A stretch of DNA of 63,999 nt, filler included, from Dirinaria sp. TL-2023a (lineage: Eukaryota): the NCBI GenBank assembly GCA_051941275.1. It is 8 parts of 8 records of this genome, joined end to end, with 100 filler letters (N's around TTAATTAATTAA, not from the genome) between each part and the next. Parts side by side here need not be neighbours in the genome. Positions count along the whole stretch, not along the records: positions 40,236 to 48,169 come from JAVEBF010001255.1; positions 48,270 to 56,201 come from JAVEBF010001256.1; 6 more parts are not named here. One strand, given 5' to 3'. Each line of letters begins with the position of its first letter. Within the stretch, counting starts at the first letter, position 1. This document shows, one piece after another, positions 40,236 through 53,100 of this stretch. The notes under the pieces were generated by a model. It saw nothing but the letters and a program-made list of their open reading frames with translations, was not told the DNA's origin and ran no database searches. A program made the translations under genes and the position numbers.

Positions 40236-41326
40236 ACCACCACCACCGGAACTGTCCTTTCCCAAGCTGCTGTCATACTCTGAGAAAGGACATTTTCTGC
40301 CTATCATCTATCATTGTCGCTACTAAGGGCCTACTACTGTGACTTGCGTTGAATTGCCGTTTGTCGTGTCCGGAAACGGAAACTTAGTACCAGACGGAGA
40401 TTAGAGCATTTCGTACAGGACGAGGAGGTCCAGCAAAGCCAAGTAAGGTAAGCAAGTCAGCCCACACTTCAATTGCTTGCCCCACCTGGAAGACACGCGC
40501 TTGGCTTTCGGAGACGCAGGTACCAGCCCGTTTCTTCACCAGGACCATGGGAACATCTCTTGCCATTCTTGATTGTTATCATTATTCAATTCCCGTGAAT
40601 CCCAGGCCTCGTGAACGCTGTTCCAGACAGAACAATAGCAAACTTCAAATTCACTAACACTCCGACTTCCCATAGCGTTACCCGCCAATCCATCCGAGTC
40701 CTATATAACTGCTTCGATCGCGATTCTCCCTTCCTCCAGCATTGGTCGGCTACCCACATAGCCTTGCAAGCGTTCCAAAATACCTCGAAAACCTTGGAGT
40801 GTAAGCATTTGTACCAGAAGTCCGAGACAAGCCGGAAAAGGATCAAAGGATTCACCAGATCGCACCTCGCTTCGGCAAGCCAGCTCCGGACAACCTCGCT
40901 TCCTCCAAAGCAACCCCCCTTCACTCGCTCGACCAAGGTGGTAGCAACCGACCTGCTGGAGCCATCGTGACGAGATTTCAACGATCTAGAAATTTAGCTT
41001 TGGTGCGCCAGATCTGCAGGCTGACGGCACGTAAAACAAGGACGCTTAAGCTACCACTGCCTATAGAGGCCAAGTCTCAGGTACGTGCGATAATTCACCG
41101 AGGACAAGTCACTGCGCAACGGTGGCATTGTCTTTCTGCACTCCGCCTCCTTCAGTCGATGATTGATGGCCTTTCATGTGACACAACACCCTAATAGCTA
41201 ATCCCCTCTCAATAGATCTGCTGGAAAGACTGAGAGGCTTGAGTCCCTTCATTCTTCACCCTTGACCCTCCCTATCCGAGACCTACCAAACACTTACTTG
41301 ATTCGATATCTGTTGTACCAACAATC

Positions 41327-42601
<1,275 letters not shown>

Positions 42602-43008
42602 ATATCGAGCGGCTGCCGCAAACTCGTAATGTGCACTGTAACTAGCTCTGATGATCGAAGCTGCTGGCTGGCCTCCGAGCGGCTGGTGACGACTGAGATG
42701 GCGTACTCCAACCCGCTTTGTCACGAGATCTAACGCACACAGACCCCGAGTTAGCCTGGACATGGAGTAGACGCATGTAGTTGCAGGATGGAGCTTGAGA
42801 TCTGGAGAGTCGGTAGCTGTCTGCATATCTGATCAGCTTTGTAGCTTAGCAACATGAACGATATGATCCACATGCGAGATGTAACTTACAGAGCTAAGCC
42901 TGATACCGTCCTGTTGACACCTCCCACACCAATGAATAGCGTGTAGCATGATTGCTTAGAGTCTGTCCCATCAGAAGCTTGGTACTGGAGCTACATCGCC
43001 CCAAGTCT

Positions 43009-43938
43009 TCACTTTTCGAAATCCGGAGTGATCCCAACTTCCATCATGAACTTCTCAATCCCCGCCCTCAACCCTTCCGGACTCGGCTTCTTCGCCACAA
43101 CGTGCACCTCGAAGCCAAACTGCCTCCTCATATACTCCGCCGTGGTAGGGCCAATACAGGCCACAAACGTCCTCGTGCCGCCATTCCTGCTGCCACCACC
43201 CTCTCCCAGCGCATTGACGATGGCATCCCCCCCGGCCGCGCTGAACAACACAATCCACCTCACGCCCACCCGGTCATCCATCTCTCGCAAGCGCGCCAAC
43301 AAATCTTGTTCAAACGCCTCCCTCACATCCGTCCTATAGACCACCATCTCCCTCACCTTCCACCCCGCCGCCCCTAACCGTTGCGGGATGACATCGCGAT
43401 GCTTCTCCCCGCACAGAAACAGCACCTCTTCCTCACCACCACCACCGCCGCGCGTCAAGCCTCCGCTCTCGATATCCTGGAGCATAATCTCCGCGAGCGC
43501 TTCCCCGCTTCCTGCCTCCTCGCCATGGATCTTCGCATGCGGGAGATACGGTGGTATGGAAGTCCGGAGCGAGGATGCGGTCGCAGGGCCTACGGCATAG
43601 AGGGTGCCGTTGTAGTGTAATAGTGCTTCGGCTTCGGCTTCAGCTTCGGGCGACGTGGTGGAGGAGAGGGAGGAAAGCGCGCTGGCAAAAGCGTCCACTG
43701 CGCGCGCGGAGGTGAATACCAGTGCGGAGTACAGGGATAGAGGGGCAGGGAGGCGGAGGAGGGGGAGAAGGGACGAGAGAACCGGGGTGTGTGTGAGGAC
43801 GGGGATGTAGGTGGGCTTGTAGGAGTATGATGGGGACGGGTTTGAGGTGGGGGCATGAGGCGCGAAGTGAGAGGTGTAGCTGTCATGCGCGCTGGTGGGG
43901 GTTTTGAGGAGGATGAGTGGGATGGGATGGTCTGCCAT
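43009..43938 (-). CDS. HEM4: Uroporphyrinogen-III synthase
   Basis: IPLILLKT, LVFTSARAVDAF, YAVGPAT, LFLCGEKHRDVIP, VVYRT, CIGPTT and AKKPSPEG; intronless. Confidence 0.88.
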   Translation of the reverse strand: MADHPIPLILLKTPTSAHDSYTSHFAPHAPTSNPSPSYSYKPTYIPVLTHTPVLSSLLPLLRLPAPLSLYSALVFTSARAVDAFASALSSLSSTTSPEAEAEAEALLHYNGTLYAVGPATASSLRTSIPPYLPHAKIHGEEAGSGEALAEIMLQDIESGGLTRGGGGGEEEVLFLCGEKHRDVIPQRLGAAGWKVREMVVYRTDVREAFEQDLLARLREMDDRVGVRWIVLFSAAGGDAIVNALGEGGGSRNGGTRTFVACIGPTTAEYMRRQFGFEVHVVAKKPSPEGLRAGIEKFMMEVGITPDFEK

Positions 43939-44646
43939 TACCTTTACGGTACGGTAACCTTGCTGGCGGTGGAGGATGATGACGTGAGGGAAAGGGGTAC
44001 ATTGTTAAGGCTCCAAGGGTCGGAAGTTTGGGAAGGCAACGGGATTATGGGAGCGTCGTGGGGGCCCGGGCGGTGCGGGCCGTGATGGTTCAGGGGTCGC
44101 AGCCCCTTCGTCATTACCTAACACTTGGGCCGGCGTATGACGGTAAGGTATGGTAAATAATGAGAATCTCGATACCACGCTTTCCCTCAAGCTGTCTCAC
44201 CCTTTCCAGCAACGAAAGGTTCGACTGGAGCCGAATATGGCGCTGTTCCTGCATAGATCTCAATTTACGTCTGCCATTAGCAAAGGCAGGAAATTAGCAT
44301 GTGCAGCAAATGAACGACTAGTCAGTCTTTCCCGCAGTATGTGTGTTGACAAACCAGCTATCAGAGTACAACGATGACGGATAGAGGCGCGGCTATAATT
44401 CCGAAGATTCCATCCTAACGACGGAAAGGGGAATGCATTCTTACTCATCTACATTGAGGAAGCGTGGGAAAGAACCTCGGAAGGATCGAGCAATGGCGGG
44501 ACTGCTTACTATACATAAATCCCATAGGGCTTCGCCTGAGTGCGAGCATCCAAAGACGCTATTGCATCTCGTCATCACGTTCCAAAAACCAGCGACTTGC
44601 AATTCACAAAATTTCTAGCGTTCTCAAAAGCTAGATCTTTCCGATC

Positions 44647-45540
44647 ATGGAATTAGTTGTCGACGATCAGCCCGCGGATGAGTTCTACGACAGCATCTCA
44701 ACCACCTATCAGTCTGCTTTTGCCCATGATGCTGGCCTTCTGTCGTACCTTGGGTATATTCTCACACTCATTCCCCCGTCCTCGACCGTCCTCGATATTG
44801 GCTGTGGCACAGGTATGCTTCTCCCCCTTTCCATGATGAGACTTCCATCCTAGAGCCAAGTTTACTAAAACCGCTGTTGCACAGGAACGCCTGTAGCTAG
44901 CACACTCGCCTCAGCTGGCCATCAAGTTGTGGGCATCGACATCGCCCCGTCCATGGTCGCTGCCAGTCGAAAGGCTGTCCCCAGCGGTGACTTCTCAATC
45001 GGCGACATGCGTTCTTACGTTCCTCGGGAGAAGGTACCCGTAGTACTGAACATACTGTCCGTTTTTCTGCTCTCTCCGCAAGAGCTGGAAGTTATGAGTC
45101 ATAAATGGTCCGAATGGCTGCTTCCTGGCGGGCTACTGTGCATCAGCGTAATCGCCGCCGAAGATTTGAACCCCACAAAAGATATGTACGACGCAGACGA
45201 GCTGAGTGCGAGCGGGATGAAGATGCGGTTCATGGGCAGGACGGTGGAGTTGACGCTGGTGGGTGCTCACCTTTTCTCAACCCATATGGACTGCTCTCCC
45301 TACCACATCCGCAGTGAGCATCTCATGAAGTACATAAATCGCGAAACTTCTCTCGCTCCTTCAGCCAGAAAACGCAGACGCTGATTATCAAGCGCGGATT
45401 TAGTTGAGTCGAAAAGGATGGAGAACAATGCTCCAGAAAGCCGGTTTCGAAGTGGTGAGAGAGCAGACTGAATGGTTTGAACCACCGCCCGAGGCGCAGT
45501 CGGATGCCGAAGCCCATTATTTCATCACTGCAAGAAATAA
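44647..45540 (+). CDS. Class I SAM-dependent methyltransferase; introns ~44813-44884 and ~45259-45402
   Basis: VLDIGCGTG|TPVA..GIDIAPSMV, DMR and WLLPGG; the last exon reads LSRKGWRTMLQKAGFEV... Confidence 0.8.
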
Positions 45541-46752
45541 AGCCTAGATATCCCGACTGCAGTGGAGCGGCTCATGCATTGGCCGCAAGTCGACGCCGTG
45601 CGGTCAAGCATCCTAGACGCAACGTTGCTTTCGAGCGTCCTTGACACAGGAGAAAGCAGTTGATGTCTTAGCAAATCATGTCACTCAAGCTTAACAGTTC
45701 GACGGTGACCACGCTTTGGGATTCTTGCTAATTTAATAGGTGAAGGTCAAACGCAGTGAAAATTCAAGTAGATGCTTCATATAGCGGCAGCATGCCACTT
45801 CTGCTTAGATCTGGCAATGCAATGACAATCTAGCCACTAACATCTTATTTCTGATTCATGACTTGCCTGCTCAACAGAATGCAGGCTTCGACTACATCAT
45901 CAAGCACTTGAGAATTCTGTGCTGCGCGGCTGACTATCTTCTTCTAATACAATGACTTATAGACTGTATTGACACTCTGAAGCAAACATCAGGCCAAGTC
46001 TTGCCGACCGCGCGGAACGCTTCTTGACTTTCTCATGCTCTCGCGATGGGAGTCTGACGCCAAAGCCCCGTCAATCCCCACTTGGAGAGCTAAGTACAGT
46101 ACGAGTATCTTCAAAACCTAAATCTTCTTGTGATCGCTCTTGAGACACTCATCCGGCGGACTGCTGGCGACTGAAGCATGGGTCGTGACTTCAATTTCGA
46201 AGGCGACGATGGAAAGCCAATGGCTGAGAGCTCGAAGACTCATAAGTATCGGACCTGATGTCCGGGCGACGTCCAATTGGTTTCGATAAGCTTTTTGGAC
46301 TCCAAATGTCTGGCCATAAACGCTTTCTGAAGGGGCAATATATTTCGCCTTTGGCCTTCGTCGAATTCGAGAACTAAGCAATCGTTGGACGCCAAGTTGA
46401 TGCTGGATGCGCATCGACTATCGGCCCAACCCCACTCATTGTTGAAAAGGCTCAATTAGTCGACCTCTGAAGTCATTATGACGGCTCTATGAAATGTGCT
46501 GCGGTCTGCGCTGTATGAATAACCATCCGACTGCGCCATGGTTCGGTCCAATGGCCAGCACTGGATGACAGCTAGCACAGCATCCATAATCATCGAGTCT
46601 CCTAATAACCAGCATTGATCCTGATCACCACATAATGGCGTTGATGATAGCGCGTCATCGCTAGTACTTCTATGCCTCTATCGCCGAAGCATGGATTTCA
46701 ATCTCTCAATTTCGAGTCGATCCCGCGATCAATTCCGCAAACTCCTCATCCA

Positions 46753-47277
46753 TCAAGCCGTGTCACTGCTCTCGCTGTCGGAGATATTCATCGCCGGAAA
46801 CTTCGCCGACAGCAAAGACGGCGCGGACGTCCCCGGCGCAAACCTTCGAGCCCCAAAAACACTGACTTTCATCACCTGCCTTTCCCCCACCCATTGCGAT
46901 CCACCGAGATGCGGCGGTTGCACCACACAACCCAGCAGCACCACCCCGGCTTCGTGGGCGATCTCATTGAAACTGGTAGTCGCGACGTCATCGTTGGACT
47001 GCACATCGATGATGACCACGCAGTTGCCGTTCGCCCACTGCGCGGGAACACGGTAGCCGGCTCCTGGTTGTCTACTGAAATCCAGAGGCAGATCGATACG
47101 TTCGTGTTGGGCAAGGAATTTGACGACGGGGAAGCAGGCGTGGAATGTGGTGGGTACGGGGCTTCGGCGACTACTGCTGCCGGTCGGGTCGGCAGGAGTG
47201 ATGAAGCACTGCAACGAATATCCACGTGTAAAGAGCTGTAGCGACAAGATGGCGATCAGATTGCGATGAAGGCGCAT
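46753..47277 (-). CDS. Small secreted cysteine-containing protein (174 aa; effector-like, possibly KP4/Ecp2-like fold)
   Basis: Hydrophobic N-terminus, 4 Cys, and the motif P..W..GNC.V.ID.....D......I...A..V...C......GG; intronless. Confidence 0.7.
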   Translation of the reverse strand: MRLHRNLIAILSLQLFTRGYSLQCFITPADPTGSSSRRSPVPTTFHACFPVVKFLAQHERIDLPLDFSRQPGAGYRVPAQWANGNCVVIIDVQSNDDVATTSFNEIAHEAGVVLLGCVVQPPHLGGSQWVGERQVMKVSVFGARRFAPGTSAPSLLSAKFPAMNISDSESSDTA

Positions 47278-48169
47278 TCTCGTCGCGGTGTCTACAGCGA
47301 TTGATTGAGGAGGAGGTCGCGATGAAGCTCACACTGCGATAGCACGTCATGACTTGGGTTGAGGAAAGAAACAAAATTAAATGGCCCCTCAAACACTAGT
47401 ACTGCGGGATAGATACCTACAAGCGCATTCTTGATTGATCAAACACATGCTGCGCGAGGGCGGGATACCGATTGGATGAGATGGATGCTTCAGAAAAACG
47501 TGCTACAAGCGCATCCGCGACATATCAGTTGGATAGAACGATTTTATCAATCAAGTGAGAGATTCGTCCATACGTTCTACGTATGAATTTGATTCCAGTG
47601 AACCGCGATCGAAGGAAATTTCGCAGCTTCCCTTGCACGATCTTTACGGGAAGCGGGATACTCGAAAATGCGGCAAAAAGGAAGAAAGAAAGGGAATAGA
47701 TTTGCATTTGGAGCAAAAAGTACTTGTGAACCTCCATTCGCCGGTATCAGCGACTCCTATATTGTATATAGCATCACTCGACCTTACCTCAGATTGGGCC
47801 GATAATCAGTCGATACTAGATCTCATGCTACATTAACGTCTCAAACCCTAAGGAAGATATATCAATCGAGCTTGAAATTGGTATAGATCTCGAGTGGGGA
47901 GATGTTTGGTATGGAGTCTAAGCCGATTATATTTGGTTCAAAAAAATGTTTTTTGGAAAGAGTTCGAGAATTTGGTCAGAATATCAACGCATAATCAATC
48001 CTTGAAACATCGATGATCAAAAAAACATGAACAACCGCCCACCCCGAAAAAAAAGCATAGAGAGAAAGGTACGTGCAAATCTCATAGACGTCCAAAAACC
48101 TAAAAATATCCCACCTCCTTATACCACAATAATAACAGCAACTTAAACAAAACCCCCTCACCCCTGTTC

Positions 48170-48269
48170 NNNNNNNNNNNNNNNNNNNNNNNNNNNNNNN
48201 NNNNNNNNNNNNNTTAATTAATTAANNNNNNNNNNNNNNNNNNNNNNNNNNNNNNNNNNNNNNNNNNNN
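48170..48269. other. Artificial contig linker
   Basis: 44 N + TTAATTAATTAA + 44 N. Confidence 0.99.
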
Positions 48270-48911
48270 CTCTAGAAAAACACCCCCCTGCTTTCAACCG
48301 CGGAAAAAAAAAAAAAAAAAAACTACATCTTCGCCAGTTCAGCGTGACTTGCCAACCGGATCAATCCCTATACCTCTAGAAATAGACCCCTATCTCAAAA
48401 AAAGGCGCAAGCTTTTGAATTAAAAGACGCGAAGGAGAGAAAAAAATAAGAGGGAGATAGAGTGGACTTTGGGCGACCTCGAAAGTCTCACGTACTGGAA
48501 AATGCGAGAGTTTTTTTTTTTGTTTTTTTTTTTTTTTTGGATATATGACGCGATCGAACTGAGATTGGCACTTCAAGTGTCTGATGCATATAATATCTAC
48601 CATAACATCGACTACTTCGCCTTCCTCCCTGTCAAGCCAGAGCAAGAAACGAAATTCACTGCTCTCGTGAAACAATTACTTCTGTTCATTTATCGCATCT
48701 TGGTATTCTCATTTGTGACATTGAAATCTTTTTCTTCGTCTTTTGAGAGAAGCGGAGTTGGGATCTGAGTTCGTGGCGTGTGTACATTTGGTTATTTCTA
48801 TATTTTGAGGGGTTTGAGAGGGGTTTAGGTATGGGGTATTATTTTGCTGGTACTGAGGGTCGCTTTTTGGGGATGAGGGTATGGAAATGATAGGTTGACT
48901 GGGTCTGCTGG

Positions 48912-49680
48912 GAAGGAAGCGATATGGCATGTATGTCTGATCTTGGAAACGAAGTTGGTGAGGAGATGGGACTTTAGTACGATCTGTGCTAGCCGTGAGT
49001 ATGCGGGTAGTCTTGCCTGGAAACAGGGTTCGTGGGTTATCGGGCATACTTTATGTTGACCGATACTTAGCGTTTTCAGTATACTTGTCGCATCTTGGCA
49101 CTGGAAAAACACAGAAACATCACACAGACCTCCCAGAGTAACTGTACGTAGAACCTGTTAAAACGGCTCAGTTGATCCACAACGTCACGAATTACCCTTA
49201 TTGGGTTTCGTAGCATCATTTTCGAAGTCGATCGACTTTCAGTGATCGTCAAGAAGACATCAAGATTTGAATTTGATGACGGAGTCGATTTGGCGGCAGG
49301 CATAGCGACGACGATCTTGCAACATCAGGAAACTCGGTATACTGACGATTTGCGGCTTCAAAAACAATGCTACGATGCGCAATAAGAATAATTTGTGGCG
49401 TTGTGAACCAATTGAGATGTTTTTCTAGATTTCACATACAAATTCTATGGGAGGTCTGTGTGGGTGTTTTGTGTTTTTCCAATGCTAAGATGCGACAACT
49501 ATACTGAAAATGCTAAAAGTCGAAGTAAGCCATACGGCACGCGTGCCTGATCTTGGAAACGAACTTGAAGAGAAGATAGGATTTTAATTACAATCCATGC
49601 TAGCCATGAGTATGCGGGTAGTCTTGCCTGTAAACACTGTAAACAGGGTTCGTGGGTTATCGGGCATATGTTGACCGATA
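48912..49680. repeat. Composite repeat: ~155-bp direct repeats (48912-49065, 49522-49680) enclosing a ~165-bp imperfect inverted repeat (49067-49230 / 49353-49516)
   Basis: The direct repeats share CTGATCTTGGAAACGAA, TGAGTATGCGGGTAGTCTTGCCTG and AAACAGGGTTCGTGGGTTATCGGGCATA. The inverted arms TTTTCAGTATACTTGTCGCATCTT / AAGATGCGACAACTATACTGAAAA and CACACAGACCTCCCA / TGGGAGGTCTGTGTG pair. Confidence 0.9.
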
Positions 49681-50197
49681 GAGACTAGCGCCGCCAAGCC
49701 GTCAGGTTGCAGCATCAGTTGAAGCGTCTTGCATTTCTAGCGTGGTTCCGACGCATCATTACTCATTAGGCGGCAATGGCTCAGTCGGGATTCAAGTGCG
49801 GGAGATCGCCCAGATTTTCTCGAGGTTTCGCAGTGATGATTTCTATCAAATATCGGAGCAGTAGTCAGTAACAAAGCCTGTTACACGTCGACGTCTTTCA
49901 CATAAATACTTTATCGTCAATAAAACAGCGGGCGCGACTTTCATTGCTAGCGCGACCAGAGGCTTTAGTGCGGATATCCGTCATCTCAGCCTTGCCGCGA
50001 GTTAACGCTAGACAGGAGGGCACTTACATGTGGCCTTTCCTTGATTGAATCATCAATGCAAAAGGGGGATTTTTCTTGGCTATTCTACGTTAGAGGACCT
50101 CGTCTAGACTTTGCCACGTCTCGGACCTGGCCAACGGTGAGAGTTTTCACCTTGCTATCTTTGCTGGACACGGGGGTACTAATCGTCTCATGTAGTA

Positions 50198-53100
50198 ATG
50201 GCCATGCAGAAAGATGAGCAGACCTTCAAGGAGATGTGGAAGGAAGCACGGATAAAATTTGAGGAGCTGACGGACAAAAGTCTGGTGCAATCGAAGAATC
50301 GCAGCCTCGACGATGTGTTGAGAGAGCTAAATAAAAGATTCAATCCTCCCATCAACGACGAAAATAGAAAACAACAACGTGTTAAAGAGTTGGCCTCGAA
50401 TGTGCTCAAGTTCATTCAATTGCTGGGTGGCATTGCAGCGCAAGGTGCCTCCGCTGTCTTTGGCCCTGCAAACATGTGTTTCAACGCAATGCACTTTCTG
50501 ATCGATATCCCGGTTCGAGTCTCAAAATTCTATGACGACCTTGCGCTTCTCTTCGAAGAAATATCTACATTCATGCAACAATTCAAGATTTACCAAAGGA
50601 TCGAGCAATTTGCTACGGTTGACATTGAACTCAAGCGGAGTACCCATAAGCTGATGATCATGTTTGTGGATGTCTGTGCCATCTCCATTGATGTTCTCAG
50701 CGGTTCCAAATTGAAGACGTGGAAAAAGCTGACAAAGCTGGCGCTCTTTGATAATGATTCCGGAATAGCGGCCAAGCTTGATGAGTTCAGAAGGCTCATC
50801 GATCACCAGAGTCAAATTTCAGACGCTGTAACTCTGGAGCATGTACTGAAATCAGAGGCAGAGCTTTCAAGCTCAATGAGGAACGTGGTCGACATCTTAA
50901 ACAAGGCGGCAGAAGACAGTAGACAGCTGCTCGAAGCGAAGTCCCAGGAAATCCAGGACGAGCTCAAAGACACGCACGATGATGTGAGAACCGTGAAAGC
51001 TGGAACAGAGGTTCTGGTAAACGACGTGGTCGATCGAAGCAGTATGAAGAAAAATCAAGACTATTATGATCTTATCTGCAAGAAGTTTCCGGATGCCCAT
51101 GAAAAGTTTCAGACGTTGGAGAAGGATTTCGACCAGATACGAAACAATAGTCTCCAGAACACCGGGTCATGGCTCGAAGGCAATGACGTCTACAAGCAAT
51201 GGGCTGACTTTGAGTCTGAAGATTCATTACTTTTACTTGGCGGCAAGAGCGGTTGTGGAAAGTCACATCTTGCTATTGCTATCCTGGACTCCTTGAAGAA
51301 ACGGCATAATGTTGCTAATGACGATTCTATGAGGGTATCGTTAGCTTCTTACCGCTTTCAAAAACCAGAGAAACCATCCCGAGATGATGCCATTAAGGAT
51401 GCATTGAAATGCATAGCTGTGCAGATAGCTAAGCAGAATCTCGTCTACCGCAAAAACCTGTCTTCATATCTAGAATCCAAAGATCTCTCATTCTTGAGGG
51501 ACTTAAGCGTGCAAGATTTCTTTAAAGATCTGATTCCTCCACCAAACATGAAAGATACACAAGGCACAGCTTACGTGCTGCTGTTTGACGGTTTGGATCA
51601 GCTATCTGCTGACGTCGCAAATCAGTTGCTCGCTGCTATATTTGCCCTGGAATCAGCCAAGACACGATCTATGGTAATTGGAACCGACGAATTCTTCCAA
51701 TCCTGCTTAAAATCTCAGGGAAGGAGCTTAGACGTGATACCGAATATTCGAATTGTAGATCATAATGTGGCCGATGTTAAAAGCTTCATTGATTCCGAAT
51801 TGCAAGCTTGTCAAGTGCTCCAGGGCGATGCGCGGGAAATAATAGCAATAAAGAACACGGTTCGGGAAAAACTACCGGATATTGTAGAAGGAAACTTCAA
51901 CGAAGCCAAGCAGATCATTGAGAGAGTCAGTGAAGGCGTCGAGTCGGAGAAATCCGTGGAGGACATTAAAAAGCTTGTAAGTGAGGAGACTCTCATGAAC
52001 AAAGACGCAGCAACGGAAAGGCTCGTGAAGGATCTCAACGAGTCCCTGAACGCCCAAGAAATCGAGCAACTAAATGAGCTCCTAATATGGACAATCTATG
52101 CCTATAAGTACCTATCAGTGGATGAAATGCGAGCCGCATTGTACTTGCGCACCAAACGAACACCGCTCCAAAGTCTCGAGGATAAGGTGGCACGAAAATA
52201 TTCCAAGCTGCTGCAAATCGACACGGACAACAATAACACTTTTTGGATGAAGAATGATTACTTGGAGGACTTTTTCGTCAAATCAAAACGTCAAAAGCAA
52301 GAGATCGATACGAATGAAGTCAATGACCCCAGAATCTCGATGACAATTACTATTGACCATGTCAAGCTTTCAAAAATACAAAGGTTCTTCTGGGATTTGA
52401 GCGAGAAGATAGTGCTTGATAAGTTTGCATTTACCAGTTCTCTAACTGGTCCTAACGATACTGTGAAAATTGGGGCAAACAAGACTGAGTCGCATCTGCT
52501 TCTGGTCAGGAGGTGCTTTGATTTGCTGCTGGGCGAGCCTGTGGAAGAGACCAAAATACTCTGCGAATATGCGTTGATAAATCTTTTAACTCACCTCCAC
52601 TTTCTTCTTGAGGAAGTAGCCAGTGGTTTACTTGAATCGATCGAGAGAGTAAACATTGTTGATGAGCTTGTCATTCTGCTTCAGTCCCCAGACTGCATTG
52701 AAAGGCACCTGACGGAAAGATATTTCTGGCAGAGATGCTGGCTGGATCCAGAATGGGAACTGCAAACTATACAATTATGGTTATGTGACTCGGAGGCTAT
52801 GAGTCGGTTGAATAGAAAGGGCCTTAGCTGGTTAAAGAAAGTTCAATCTGCAGGAAGACTATCGGCTTTGAAAGACATCGCAGCAATGATTGCTCGTCAT
52901 TGGTTATGCTTCCGTACGTGGCCTGCGGAACTGCCGTTTCAATGGATCGACACATTCCTCGGCCAATCAGTACAAGATGAAGCACAACCCAGAGACCTAG
53001 GTAGGCCGCTAGATAGTGGCGATGAAGGCAATTCGCGACAAGAGGACGAAAACAAACATCCCGGTGAAGCGCCTACGTCAGAGACTACGACCTTCGGGGC

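Noticed and set aside
40100..40300. Sorting-nexin gene continuing across the linker (CAC repeats on both sides)
   Set aside because: The next contig shows no Nexin_C-like continuation, and the contigs are ordered by size.
45259..45402. Possible stwintron in the methyltransferase gene (internal CAG/TGAGC)
   Set aside because: There is no branch point before the internal CAG and two-step splicing gives an immediate stop, whereas a single intron restores the frame.
48540..48700. ABM/monooxygenase-like fragment (AFLPVKPEQETKFTALVKQL)
   Set aside because: Too short, with no credible start or continuation, and embedded in low-complexity sequence.
48930..48960. CTGAT...GAAAC as a hammerhead ribozyme core
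   Set aside because: It lacks the CUGANGA consensus and stem II.
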